DNA of 64,000 bases from a virus (taxonomy: Duplodnaviria > Caudoviricetes). This document shows positions 28,784 to 38,008 of the stretch, in pieces. A program made the translations under genes and the position numbers. A model generated the notes under the pieces. That model did not search any database. It was not told the DNA's origin and saw only the letters and a program-made list of their open reading frames with translations. The stretch lies in the IMG/VR virus record IMGVR_UViG_3300047539_000055; one strand, given 5' to 3'. Within the stretch, counting starts at the first letter, position 1. The number at the start of each line of letters is the position of its first letter.

Positions 28784-29473
28784 TTACACAAACAAAGCAT
28801 CTATGAACTTTATCTTTTCTTGCCGAAGAAGGTTATCCAACTTCAAATATAATTCTTCCAAAGTTCCATTGTTTTCAATTTCAAAATCCATTTTTTCGTT
28901 TACCCATCCCCACTCACTAATATGAACATCTGGATATTTTGAATCCATTGAATTTTCAAAGCCGCTGGATTCATCACCATTTTCATCAAAGGAAATGTCG
29001 CCAGTAAGCAAAGTGTTTTTAGCGGTAGCATACCATTCTGGCAATTCACCACGACGAATATTGATTAAAATACCCTCTTGTTGGCGTATAAGTTTCATTT
29101 CATTTGCAAAACGGCAATCATCAATAACAACATCCGAGTTATTATTTACCAATTTGTTTTCAAGAGAGGCAATCCAAATATCTGGATGAAAGTTATTACG
29201 ACAAACCTCTGTTCCCCATTGCTGTAAAACCCATCTTGGTGTAAGTCCACGAATTTGAAGTTTTTCACTCCACCATGGATCAACAGTTTCCCGCCATTCC
29301 CTGCTTTCTGGAGTTAACCCTTGTAATAGTTCAAATGACCAACCAAACACTGCTGAAACAGCTTGCTTAAGAGAATCCGCAAAACTGAGTCGTTGAAAAT
29401 TATATTTTTGTTGAAGATATTCAGATGCGGCATTTTTCCCGCTGCCTATAAAACCACAAACACCAATAATCAT
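28784..29473 (-). CDS. gp1: deoxynucleoside monophosphate kinase
   Basis: IIGVCGFIGSGKN, SFADSLK, TPRWVLQQWGTE, DDCRFANE, HISE. Confidence 0.92.
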   Translation of the reverse strand: MIIGVCGFIGSGKNAASEYLQQKYNFQRLSFADSLKQAVSAVFGWSFELLQGLTPESREWRETVDPWWSEKLQIRGLTPRWVLQQWGTEVCRNNFHPDIWIASLENKLVNNNSDVVIDDCRFANEMKLIRQQEGILINIRRGELPEWYATAKNTLLTGDISFDENGDESSGFENSMDSKYPDVHISEWGWVNEKMDFEIENNGTLEELYLKLDNLLRQEKIKFIDALFV

Positions 29474-29559
29474 AAAGTCCTTTGGATATTTCTAATATGC
29501 TATGAGTATACTATGATAGGAATAAAAATACAAGCTAATATATCAAGGAATCCATTCTT

Positions 29560-30330
29560 TTAGCCAATGATCAATGAAAGTGGTTGTTCACCAAATCTAA
29601 AATTACCAATATCTTCGTGAAGCTTATCTATACCAAGCTGTGCTTCTGCTTTCAATTGTGCGCCATTCAATGTAGTTCCGCCGCCGGGTCCAGGAATTGT
29701 TCCAAATTTTTCACGAGCTTGTCCAAGTTGCCATTTACATAAACATAATACATATTCTTTGATGAAGGTAAGACTACGATAGTCAGTAAGCAATTGAACC
29801 AAAGGACGCATATTATATGTTTGGAGGAGCAAAGTTTCATTAGTACCGTAAGGACGGCGAATCAAAGTCAATTTTTTGGTAATTGAGTTGAAATTAAAGT
29901 CGATCTGCCCTCCAAACATACGGTCAACTTGGAATTCATAATCTTTGAACAATTCATAATTTAGAACACCACCAGCACGACCACTGTTCAAAATGTAAAC
30001 ATTCAAATAACCTTGGCTAAATGGATCAATTTGAGTTCCGGCATTACCAAGATCACCAAGACTTCTACGCCAAATCTGACGAACATATTGAACTTCTTCT
30101 GGCATCGTATAAATCTGAACGTCACGTTGCGTAGTAAGAAACGCAAATGACTCCTCAACTGCCGCAGAACTTCTGGTTTGAAATACTTCCACCGCCCGAA
30201 TTAAGGCGTTTTCATAATGGGCGGGTTCCAATTCAACTTTTGTCATTAAATCACCAAGCATTAGTTTACAGAAATCAAAAACTCCAGTTTTAAGTTTTGC
30301 CAAATCCACTATATTTCTCTCTTCGGCCAT
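29560..30330 (-). CDS. gp13: neck protein gp13-like
   Basis: LMLGD..KVELEPAHY, LGQAREKF..IPGPGGGTTLNG, terminal IIG. Confidence 0.85.
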   Translation of the reverse strand: MAEERNIVDLAKLKTGVFDFCKLMLGDLMTKVELEPAHYENALIRAVEVFQTRSSAAVEESFAFLTTQRDVQIYTMPEEVQYVRQIWRRSLGDLGNAGTQIDPFSQGYLNVYILNSGRAGGVLNYELFKDYEFQVDRMFGGQIDFNFNSITKKLTLIRRPYGTNETLLLQTYNMRPLVQLLTDYRSLTFIKEYVLCLCKWQLGQAREKFGTIPGPGGGTTLNGAQLKAEAQLGIDKLHEDIGNFRFGEQPLSLIIG

Positions 30331-30356
30331 AAAATTCTCCGTAATTTCAATAGTAT

Positions 30357-31307
30357 TTATTTCTTTTTACGATTTCGCAAAATTCCCATACCTAACATAA
30401 AACCAAGATCAATACAAAATTGAAGTTCTTCTTTATTAATATATTTTATCATTTGACCATTGTTAATACATATTTTGCCAATATGTGCCAATGAATTTTT
30501 ATATTTACTCTCCTCCGATGATATAATTCCTGTTTTAGCTAACCCCATTTTTTTGCGAGTTTCTTCAGAACGAGTAATACCAGTCAGGGTGTCTGATATC
30601 TTCTTTTTAATTTCTTCCTTCATTGGCCCTAATCCTTTACCTTTACGACCTTTTGATAAATTTTTTCGTGCTTCTACTGATACTATTTTACCCATATTTT
30701 TATCGGCAATTTTTTGTTTCGTCACAGCATCCATTGGAAATCTACCCTGTTTATATCCCCTCACAATATATGATTCTAATGAATATTTTTCGATTCGTTT
30801 TTGTTCTAAACCATTATTAACCCATATTCTATTCTTAAATCTATTTGATTGATCTTTTTTAGACTGTTCACTTTGAGATAATCCTCTTTTTATAAATCCT
30901 TTGGATTCATATTCTGGCCAGTCTTGTAAAGATATCTTTTTTTGAATTTTATCTTTGATAACCGATATTTTCCCTGTAATACCAACCGTTGAAAAATTTT
31001 TGCCACCGTTATGTTGATTATACCAATTTGGATTATTAGCTGCGTTCATTCGTAAAAGAAATTTATTTTCGTGTTCTCGACAAGCTTCAGTAGAATTGAA
31101 AATTCGTGCCACTCTAAATTCAAAAATATTGACACCCTCAGTTTTTATCAAATGTTTAATAATTTTACTTCCTGAAAAATAAGAAGTCCAAAGATGTTCT
31201 GGTTTACATCCTTTAGATGTTTTACACCCATAATATTTCATTTTGGTTATCTTATGTCTAAGAAAATAAGTAAATGGTGTTCTATCTCCCGCTAAAAATG
31301 ACGACAT
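30357..31307 (-). CDS. Seg-like (GIY-YIG variant) homing endonuclease with NUMOD3 repeats
   Basis: TPFTYFL..KYYG, YFSGSK, WYNQHNG, IWVNNG and SEETRKKM repeats. Inserted between gp13 and gp14. Confidence 0.8.
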   Translation of the reverse strand: MSSFLAGDRTPFTYFLRHKITKMKYYGCKTSKGCKPEHLWTSYFSGSKIIKHLIKTEGVNIFEFRVARIFNSTEACREHENKFLLRMNAANNPNWYNQHNGGKNFSTVGITGKISVIKDKIQKKISLQDWPEYESKGFIKRGLSQSEQSKKDQSNRFKNRIWVNNGLEQKRIEKYSLESYIVRGYKQGRFPMDAVTKQKIADKNMGKIVSVEARKNLSKGRKGKGLGPMKEEIKKKISDTLTGITRSEETRKKMGLAKTGIISSEESKYKNSLAHIGKICINNGQMIKYINKEELQFCIDLGFMLGMGILRNRKKK

Positions 31308-31412
31308 ATAAATTTCTCCCATTAGTATATACCTATTTATCTTATTAGGTGGTAAAATTTGTGACTATTACAAAATATTTTAATACCACTAAATATGATA
31401 GAGGCAACGAAA

Positions 31413-32561
31413 ATGGGCAGGATTTCGCTTTGGGAAAATGAAAAGCTGGGAATGGATTTCAAGTGGTTTGATGCCCATGTGCTTGAGCAATTCACATATG
31501 GTGGCCTAGATGCATACATCCATAAATATTTGGGAGCCGCCAACCCAAACGTGACAAATGATGCCACTCAACCAATTTACCCAAATCTATCAGCACAAAA
31601 CATTCAAGATTTACTTTTTCAGGAAAATCGTGATAGAATCTATGACAAAGATATCTATAGACTACGCTGCCATTTCAATGTGCAAGATTTGGATTTGGAT
31701 TTAAGTCAGTTTGGTTTGATGATTGCCAGCGGAACCCTATATATTACATTCCATATGCTGAATATGGTTGAAACTTTTGGACGCAAGCTAATGTCTGGAG
31801 ATGTTCTGGAACTTCCAAATTTGAAGGAATTCTATAGCCTAGATGAAACTGTTCCAATTGCATTGAAGAGATATTATGTGGTACAGGAAGGAACTAGACC
31901 TGCCGGTGGATTTTCTCCAACTTGGTGGCCTCATCTTTGGAGAGTAAAATGCACTCCTCTTGTTGATACTCAGGAATTTGCAGGTATTCTCAATCAAATT
32001 GTTATGGGAGTAAACGGATCGCCCGTACTGATCAATGGCAATACAACTACCTATGGAAATCTTTCCAGTTCAGGTATTGATTATGCAGTTATGAATAATG
32101 CCATTGTTACTCAGGCAGAATTTGAAGTTCCAAAAAGCGGATACAATACGGATGCTCTATGGACACCCCTATTTGTTAATGGAAATCCAAAGCAAGGCCC
32201 GTTACCAGCAAATGCAAGTCCACAACAAAAATTTACAGGATACTTAGTCAGTGATGGTGAAGCAGTTGATGGTTATGCGGTTACAACGGCAACAGAATTT
32301 CCACCTTCACCATCAAGTGGTCAATATGTTTTACGACAGGATTACTTTCCAGCAAGATTGTATCGTTGGAGCGGAACAGCTTGGCAGTATGTAAGTACAA
32401 GCCAGCGCACTCCACTTACACCTGGCAGTGGTCAAACCTTACGAGATACATTCGTAAATCAGCTAGGAACTTTTATAAACAGTTCCGGAAATGTTGAGCC
32501 AATTATTCAGAATATTTCAACTTTGTTGCGGTCGGATGAAGGCGGAAATTCCAATAGTTAA
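31413..32561 (+). CDS. gp14: neck protein gp14-like with C-terminal extension
   Basis: IHKYLG, IQDLLFQENRDR, DLSQFGL, GDVLELP, WWPHLWRVKC. Confidence 0.8.
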   Translation: MGRISLWENEKLGMDFKWFDAHVLEQFTYGGLDAYIHKYLGAANPNVTNDATQPIYPNLSAQNIQDLLFQENRDRIYDKDIYRLRCHFNVQDLDLDLSQFGLMIASGTLYITFHMLNMVETFGRKLMSGDVLELPNLKEFYSLDETVPIALKRYYVVQEGTRPAGGFSPTWWPHLWRVKCTPLVDTQEFAGILNQIVMGVNGSPVLINGNTTTYGNLSSSGIDYAVMNNAIVTQAEFEVPKSGYNTDALWTPLFVNGNPKQGPLPANASPQQKFTGYLVSDGEAVDGYAVTTATEFPPSPSSGQYVLRQDYFPARLYRWSGTAWQYVSTSQRTPLTPGSGQTLRDTFVNQLGTFINSSGNVEPIIQNISTLLRSDEGGNSNS

Positions 32562-33110
32562 TTAGCGCATACGAGCAAATTTCTTAACACTAAGACCACT
32601 TAATGCTTTTTGAATCATTGATGCTTGTCGTATGCAATCGGCCAAAGAATCATGTGTGGCCGATGCCGATTCAATTGGAATCAAATCAAGCAAGGTTCTA
32701 CTGTCACGAATTGTATGATACGCCCACGGAAGACCTTTTCCATGTTCTTCAAATAAACTATTCAAAATTGGAATATCAAAAGTTGGACCTTGAATCCAAA
32801 TTCTATCTTTGAGCCAGCAAAATTTTGTTATTTGGTTAATTGCTTCAATAACTGAAATACGCCCTTCTTCACCAAAAACCTTTTTCTGAATGAGTGGATT
32901 TTGTTTGGACCACCAATTAACAGTGTCATCATTAATATCACGAGTTGGTTGTTCATCTAAATTCAGCAATATATCCAAAGTTGAATTATTTGAAAAATTG
33001 GTTGTGATTTCCATCGGATCAAATTCAATTGCAGATACGCTTAAAACCAATGCGTTTGGTTTTAAACTTAATGTTTCAATATCTAATACGATATCAGAGA
33101 ATGTTTTCAT
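32562..33110 (-). CDS. DEDDh 3'-5' exonuclease
   Basis: LDIETL, WIQGPTFDIPIL, RDSRT, HDSLAD. Confidence 0.88.
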   Translation of the reverse strand: MKTFSDIVLDIETLSLKPNALVLSVSAIEFDPMEITTNFSNNSTLDILLNLDEQPTRDINDDTVNWWSKQNPLIQKKVFGEEGRISVIEAINQITKFCWLKDRIWIQGPTFDIPILNSLFEEHGKGLPWAYHTIRDSRTLLDLIPIESASATHDSLADCIRQASMIQKALSGLSVKKFARMR

Positions 33111-33116
33111 ACTTCT

Positions 33117-33144
33117 ATTATAGCGAATACACAGGAAAAGTCAA
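33117..33144 (-). promoter_or_regulatory. sigma70-type promoter
   Basis: TTGACT-N16-TATAAT upstream of the exonuclease. Confidence 0.55.
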
Positions 33145-33152
33145 ATAGAAAT

Positions 33153-33407
33153 TTAGTTTTCTAATCTCCATAAAACATATTCTTCTTGAGTTATAACACG
33201 ATACATTGACCAAGTTATCATTGGCCAAGGCCAAGTGGTATTACTAGAAGCGTTCCTACAAAAAGTAGGTTCGTGTTCGTTTTCGTTTTGTTCCCACGAT
33301 AACAAGCCAACAGAAATATTGCCTTCTAAACTACGAAAAAGAAGTGGCTGGCCGTTTGGCAATTTTTTAATACTGCTGTTTGTAATTCTCTTTCCTTGAA
33401 ATTTCAT
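33153..33407 (-). CDS. LWxLEN-tail small protein, type B
   Basis: MKFQGK...EEYVLWRLEN. Confidence 0.7.
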   Translation of the reverse strand: MKFQGKRITNSSIKKLPNGQPLLFRSLEGNISVGLLSWEQNENEHEPTFCRNASSNTTWPWPMITWSMYRVITQEEYVLWRLEN

Positions 33408-33643
33408 CAGTTCTCCAACTTCCACAACATGGCTTGTTCATCGCTCATAACTTGAATTTCTTGCGAATCGTATTGTCGTTGTCTTCCATAATTATATGTA
33501 TCCTTATAACTTATTACTTGAATCTGCCTTTGCGGAGAATCACGAAAAATATAGGTAACAACTGAAACATACGGTACGCAACCTTCCACAAATATTGTTA
33601 CGGGCGCACCGATATAAATTTCTTTTCCGTTTCTGTCTGTCAT
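33407..33643 (-). CDS. LWxLEN-tail small protein, type A (KOW/SH3-like)
   Basis: MTDRNGKEIYIGAPV...SDEQAMLWKLEN. Confidence 0.7.
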   Translation of the reverse strand: MTDRNGKEIYIGAPVTIFVEGCVPYVSVVTYIFRDSPQRQIQVISYKDTYNYGRQRQYDSQEIQVMSDEQAMLWKLEN

Positions 33644-33876
33644 TAGTTTTCCAACTTCCAAAGGACATATTCTTTTTTAGATACAATGCGATAAGAATGC
33701 CAAGTCATCATTTCCCAATTTCTTTTATCTTCTAATTTAAAAATTGGCCAATTTTCACCAACCCAATGTAATGAACCGACAAATATTTTACCTGCCGATC
33801 CTTTAAAATAAAGTAACTGACCTTCACGAAGAGTTTTGACACGATCCTCAGTTAGTGGTTTACCTCTAAATTTCAT
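33643..33876 (-). CDS. LWxLEN-tail small protein, type B
   Basis: MKFRGK...KEYVLWKLEN. Confidence 0.7.
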   Translation of the reverse strand: MKFRGKPLTEDRVKTLREGQLLYFKGSAGKIFVGSLHWVGENWPIFKLEDKRNWEMMTWHSYRIVSKKEYVLWKLEN

Positions 33877-34154
33877 TATGCGTTCTCCAGCATCCACAAC
33901 ATTGCTACTTCATCACTTACTTTTTGAACATCTTGAAGTTTACGGACGATTACAAATGGGCCTCCGCTTGAGGGCACTGAAATTGATACAACTTTAATAT
34001 TATTCCACCTTGTTTCATTTTTTAAAATTTTACCCATTCCACTTTGTAAACCAAGGGGTTTGTAACGAACTACATCATCAGCCCTTATCTCAAGCCAACC
34101 CACAATTTTAACAACATCACCGATTTCTAATTGCGTTCCATTCCTGTCTGTCAT
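33876..34154 (-). CDS. LWxLEN-tail small protein, type A (KOW/SH3-like)
   Basis: MTDRNGTQLEIGDVV...SDEVAMLWMLENA. Confidence 0.7.
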   Translation of the reverse strand: MTDRNGTQLEIGDVVKIVGWLEIRADDVVRYKPLGLQSGMGKILKNETRWNNIKVVSISVPSSGGPFVIVRKLQDVQKVSDEVAMLWMLENA

Positions 34155-34163
34155 AAGTTTTCC

Positions 34164-34496
34164 TTACTTAGCACTCGCCAGATTCAGTTTCGGCTTCATG
34201 GTTTTGATCAATTCAACTTCGCGGGAATGAGCAGTCGCCTTACCACGGACGGTTTCAATAATGTCCAATTCAACTGTTTCAATTCCATACTTGCGAAGTG
34301 CCACATACAACGGCCAAGTTTTTGATTCGTTACGAGCGCGTTCAAGGTGCTTTTTGAAACGCAAACGAAGACTCTTGAGAACAGTGGTCTGAGTCTTTGC
34401 GGTAATGCCGATGTACTCCATATTCTTTACAGTGATACAGTAAATGATATGGGTACGATCATTCCGTTTCTTTCGCTTTGTCTCTTTTTCAACCAT
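34164..34496 (-). CDS. small GIY-YIG nuclease-domain protein
   Basis: HIIYCI...EYIGIT, RFKKH, LYVALRKYG, EVELI, PKLN. Confidence 0.8.
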   Translation of the reverse strand: MVEKETKRKKRNDRTHIIYCITVKNMEYIGITAKTQTTVLKSLRLRFKKHLERARNESKTWPLYVALRKYGIETVELDIIETVRGKATAHSREVELIKTMKPKLNLASAK

Positions 34497-34501
34497 GACT
34501 A

Positions 34502-34530
34502 ATTATATCAAACCAGTAGGGCATTGTCAA
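34502..34530 (-). promoter_or_regulatory. sigma70-type promoter
   Basis: TTGACA-N17-TATAAT on the minus strand, with TG upstream of the -10 box. Confidence 0.8.
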
Positions 34531-34694
34531 CCAAAATTTTTGATTATTCGGACGCTCAGAATGGCGTTTTTAGAGGTTTTTGGCATCGAATGGGGTGATT
34601 ACACCACCCGACCCCTTATAACGCCAAATAGGGCAAAATTCGGAAATTTTGCCCTTTAGAATCAACACTTTAGAAACGCGGTTTTATGGGTCTA

Positions 34695-34723
34695 TTGACA
34701 ATCTGCCGGAAATTTGTTATACT
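34695..34723 (+). promoter_or_regulatory. sigma70-type early promoter
   Basis: TTGACA-N17-TATACT. Confidence 0.75.
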
Positions 34724-34729
34724 TATCCG

Positions 34730-34900
34730 ATGAACAATACCCAAGATGTATTTGAAGTACGAATTATTTCAGTAATCGCCCAACTGCAAGGTATTTTAAC
34801 AGAATACGCTGAAAACAAACGAGTTAGAGAAGGAACTGCCTGTCAAGATGAAGTGAACCGCGTCATCGCACAATTCCCTGCCAAAATGATTGACTTTTAA
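34730..34900 (+). CDS. small early hypothetical protein
   Basis: MNNTQDVF... starts just after the promoter. Confidence 0.55.
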   Translation: MNNTQDVFEVRIISVIAQLQGILTEYAENKRVREGTACQDEVNRVIAQFPAKMIDF

Positions 34901-34918
34901 CCCAAAGTTTGATATACT
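34890..34918 (+). promoter_or_regulatory. sigma70-type early promoter
   Basis: TTGACT-N17-TATACT. Confidence 0.7.
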
Positions 34919-34941
34919 ATATGTAGTTAAGAAAGGGAAAT

Positions 34942-35127
34942 ATGAGAAAAAGAGTCAACTACGAATTGTGGTATCAGCATCCAGGTGGCAATTGGGATCT
35001 TTACGGCGAATGCGACGATGAACACAACACATTGCGAAGCATAAAGGCAATGAAATCAAGGGTTTCTAAGTACATTCGTCATATCAAGATTGTCAAAGTT
35101 ACGACTTCCTATGAAGATGTAAGGTGA
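34942..35127 (+). CDS. early hypothetical protein
   Basis: Purine-rich SD; follows the promoter. Confidence 0.6.
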   Translation: MRKRVNYELWYQHPGGNWDLYGECDDEHNTLRSIKAMKSRVSKYIRHIKIVKVTTSYEDVR

Positions 35128-35684
35128 ACAAAAGAAAGGAACATCTTATGAGAAACGAATTGGACACGAAATTGCTCGGTATGGAAATTTGTCATGCCCA
35201 TTCTAAGGCATCCAACGAAAATGTTAGTCTTGCTTGTCGTGGCGATTATGATGCTGAATATATGAACACTGCGCTTGCTGTTGAAAAACTTTTTCTAAAA
35301 CGGGGATGGACTGCTCCACTTCCAAAGCCAGAAAAGATAAACTATTACGAAGAAAATAAGCCAGAAAATGGCTGTGCCAAATGTCATTGTCCAAAATATG
35401 CCCATCACGGTAAAAGTGTTGGCTGTGAAGGTTGTATTAATCATAATGGCTATCTGTGTTGCGATGGCGAATATGAGCCTATCGTAAAGCCTGATTTTTC
35501 AAACACTTCCGACGATAACTGGTATCCTGCCTCTGATGGCACTGAAGAACCATTTATTTCCCGTTCTGGCAAGCGCTTACTCTATTGTTATCAACCATCT
35601 ACACGCAATCACGCCTATCTTGATGTAGATTGCGATATCATTTTGACCGATGAAGAGTCTCGACAGTATCTTCAAACCTATTGA
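35124..35684 (+). CDS. early hypothetical protein with a Cys/His cluster
   Basis: CAKCHCPKYAHH...CEGC; C-terminal PASDGTEEPF...LLYCYQP...HAYLD module. Confidence 0.65.
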   Translation: MNKRKEHLMRNELDTKLLGMEICHAHSKASNENVSLACRGDYDAEYMNTALAVEKLFLKRGWTAPLPKPEKINYYEENKPENGCAKCHCPKYAHHGKSVGCEGCINHNGYLCCDGEYEPIVKPDFSNTSDDNWYPASDGTEEPFISRSGKRLLYCYQPSTRNHAYLDVDCDIILTDEESRQYLQTY

Positions 35685-35700
35685 TTTGAAAGGAGTTGTA

Positions 35701-35877
35701 ATGAACGAAGCAGTTCGTATTCTTGGCAGTGTATCAATGTATCTTGGCGCAAGATTACTATTAGAGCGCTTGGGATATGTTGATTTTGAAGCAGTTAACG
35801 ATGCTCACCGAATTGTTCTTGCTGCGTCGAATGTTGTAATCGCGGAAAATTATCTTTCCGCATTAGTGTCAAAGTAA
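35701..35877 (+). CDS. early hypothetical protein
   Basis: GGAG SD before MNEAVR. Confidence 0.55.
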   Translation: MNEAVRILGSVSMYLGARLLLERLGYVDFEAVNDAHRIVLAASNVVIAENYLSALVSK

Positions 35878-35880
35878 TAC

Positions 35881-35909
35881 TTGACACGCAAACCAAACTT
35901 TGGTATAAT
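35881..35909 (+). promoter_or_regulatory. sigma70-type early promoter
   Basis: TTGACA-N17-TATAAT, perfect consensus. Confidence 0.8.
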
Positions 35910-35928
35910 CATTGTAGTGGAGGAAACG

Positions 35929-36123
35929 ATGGAACGCAGACATGGTGGACCAGAAGACAGAGGCGCGGCAGATGCATATTATGGCCGTCCCTTTGCTCCG
36001 CATTATTTTGTTGGCGGTTCGTACACATCTGAACGCATTAGTCAGTCATATATGACTCCCGAAGAAATTGCGGAATACAAAACTGGCTACGATGAGCAGG
36101 ACAATTTTAAGGATTACGAATAA
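35929..36123 (+). CDS. phage protein with RHGGPxDRGxADxYY motif
   Basis: GGAGG SD; the motif is common in large phages (recalled). Confidence 0.7.
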   Translation: MERRHGGPEDRGAADAYYGRPFAPHYFVGGSYTSERISQSYMTPEEIAEYKTGYDEQDNFKDYE

Positions 36124-36455
36124 TGAGAAAATCTATAACAGAATTGAAAACTTCCGACACTTACAAGGAAATTTTTTCGGAGTTATGCGCAGAATTGACG
36201 CTGAACAAAACCGTTACTACGATGGTTCCCGTAAAAGATATTCTGGAAGTTTACCGCCATCTTTTGTTAGAGTTTGTTGAATCCGAAGGGTGGACAGTTA
36301 GTGAATGGTATTGCCAAGGCGATACTACCGCCGCACATTGGGGCTGGCTTCCGACTGGCCCAATTCCAAATTTTGTTGGTATTCGCGAACTGGGTCAAGA
36401 ACTCGGTAAGGCATTCATCAATTTTGGAAAAAAGGAAGAAAAGGATTCAGAATGA
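36123..36455 (+). CDS. early hypothetical protein
   Basis: TAATG coupling. Confidence 0.6.
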   Translation: MRKSITELKTSDTYKEIFSELCAELTLNKTVTTMVPVKDILEVYRHLLLEFVESEGWTVSEWYCQGDTTAAHWGWLPTGPIPNFVGIRELGQELGKAFINFGKKEEKDSE

Positions 36456-36627
36456 AACTCGTAATTCGTAAAACCCACACAGACACTTTTTTGTTTGGTA
36501 ACAAAACATTCACGCTTGCAAAAGATTATGCGCGAATTTTTGAATCTGTTGCAGAGGCAGAAAATCACATTGAGCAATGGCTCAATCCAGCAAGTGTATT
36601 AGTTGAAAATTTTGAAGAGGAATAATT

Positions 36628-36828
36628 ATGGCTTGGGATTTTGACGATGAAGAAGTAGACAGATCAGGCGAACACGCAGACGATAATGGAGAATATTGTG
36701 ACTGCGAGAGTCAAGAATGTGGGAAAGATGGCTCGTGTCCAGAATGTGGGTCTGATGATTCAGATTTAGTGTGCGGTGATCATGGTTGCCGTTGTAAGAA
36801 ATGTAACGCAACATTTTGTTGCCCGTAA
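36628..36828 (+). CDS. small acidic Cys-rich protein
   Basis: GAGG SD; CDC, CPEC, CRCKKC, CCP. Confidence 0.6.
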   Translation: MAWDFDDEEVDRSGEHADDNGEYCDCESQECGKDGSCPECGSDDSDLVCGDHGCRCKKCNATFCCP

Positions 36829-36857
36829 CCTAACAATTTAACTCAGGAAGGAAAAAA

Positions 36858-37154
36858 ATGAAACCATCATACGTAAAAATGTATAGCATGACCTTGGATC
36901 ACATTGGAGAAGCAATGAAAGATGTGTCATTTGCCGATTCTGCCAAGTACACCAAAGAGCAAGTTGGCGAAGTTGTTGCGCCGTTTTTGATTGAAAACGG
37001 ATGGACTGAAGAAGAATTTAGAGAAGCCAGTCGCGAGACGCGCAATTTGCGTGATGTGAGTAAGGAAGGTCGCAAGAAGCGCAAAGCAGAACGAAATAAG
37101 TTGAAGAAATTGCTTATTGAAACGGGCATCGAAGCACCTTCGTGGCTTAAGTAA
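36858..37154 (+). CDS. early hypothetical protein
   Basis: AGGA SD; basic C-terminus. Confidence 0.6.
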   Translation: MKPSYVKMYSMTLDHIGEAMKDVSFADSAKYTKEQVGEVVAPFLIENGWTEEEFREASRETRNLRDVSKEGRKKRKAERNKLKKLLIETGIEAPSWLK

Positions 37155-37451
37155 ATGAAACCATCAAAAATAGTCTGTAATCCTTTTGTTGGACAATGTG
37201 TGTATGAGCCATATTCTCCTCAAAAGGTTGGTATTATTCGCTCTGTGCGATCAACCAAAATGAATAACATTCCTATGTTTCTCGTTTCTGTGGAATGGGT
37301 GACTTCAAAAGGAGTAAGAACAATTCAGAAAAATCTTGGTAGCACACGGTTTAATGATTTAGATTATTTAATTGCCGATCATCAAAAGAAACTCAAAACT
37401 CATTTAGCTTCAAAAAAGCGTCTTCAATCAATTTTGAAAGGAACAAAATGA
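37155..37451 (+). CDS. early hypothetical protein
   Basis: Adjacent to the previous ORF in the operon. Confidence 0.6.
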   Translation: MKPSKIVCNPFVGQCVYEPYSPQKVGIIRSVRSTKMNNIPMFLVSVEWVTSKGVRTIQKNLGSTRFNDLDYLIADHQKKLKTHLASKKRLQSILKGTK

Positions 37452-37897
37452 ACTCGTTTACTCGCACTTCAATTTCAGCACTTCGCACTGACCTTGAGAA
37501 CGCAATCAAGCAAGTTGCCGACAAGCACAACCTTATCATTGGTTTTGTTGGCGGGGCGCGTTTCTCTCCCACCGAAGTAAATTTTTCCAAACTCAGGGCC
37601 ATTCCAAAGGCTCCCCCAACTTTACAGACTTCGTGGCGTAATCCCGTCGCGGGTAATGCTGTGACTAAGGGTACTGATCCTTACGACACGCTGGAAAGTC
37701 GCGAGTATACAAGCCTTGGGTATACTTTTGGATTATCTAAAGATTGGCTTGGCAAAAAGTTTCGCACTGCAACGGGGGTATATACTCTCATTGGACTCAA
37801 GGCATCTCGCCCCAAGTATCCCGTTATTGGTGTTTCAGTTCGTGGAACTCGTTACAAGTTTACCGTCGCTGGCGTGAAGCAAGGAATTATTCTATGA
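37448..37897 (+). CDS. phage hypothetical protein
   Basis: YTLIGLKASRPKYPVIG...GTRYK motif. Confidence 0.65.
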   Translation: MNSFTRTSISALRTDLENAIKQVADKHNLIIGFVGGARFSPTEVNFSKLRAIPKAPPTLQTSWRNPVAGNAVTKGTDPYDTLESREYTSLGYTFGLSKDWLGKKFRTATGVYTLIGLKASRPKYPVIGVSVRGTRYKFTVAGVKQGIIL

Positions 37898-37933
37898 TTC
37901 TATTATCATTTACTGTTCTAACCATAGCAATAA

Positions 37934-37986
37934 TTTAAGATCAATTGTCGAAAGGCGTGGGGGTTCAAGTCCCTCTACCCGCACCA
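37934..37986 (+). pseudogene. 3' half of a tRNA-Leu(TAA)-like gene, possible att remnant
   Basis: TTTAAGA anticodon loop, long variable arm GTC-GAAA-GGC, T-arm GGGGG-TTCAAGT-CCCTC, acceptor TACCCGC-A-CCA. No D-arm or 5' acceptor strand upstream. Confidence 0.8.
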
Positions 37987-38008
37987 ACTTCTTAGAAAAG
38001 AGTTTAGC

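Noticed and set aside
37900-37986. Intact tRNA gene
   Set aside because: No D-arm or 5' acceptor strand (GCGGGTA) lies upstream of the anticodon loop.
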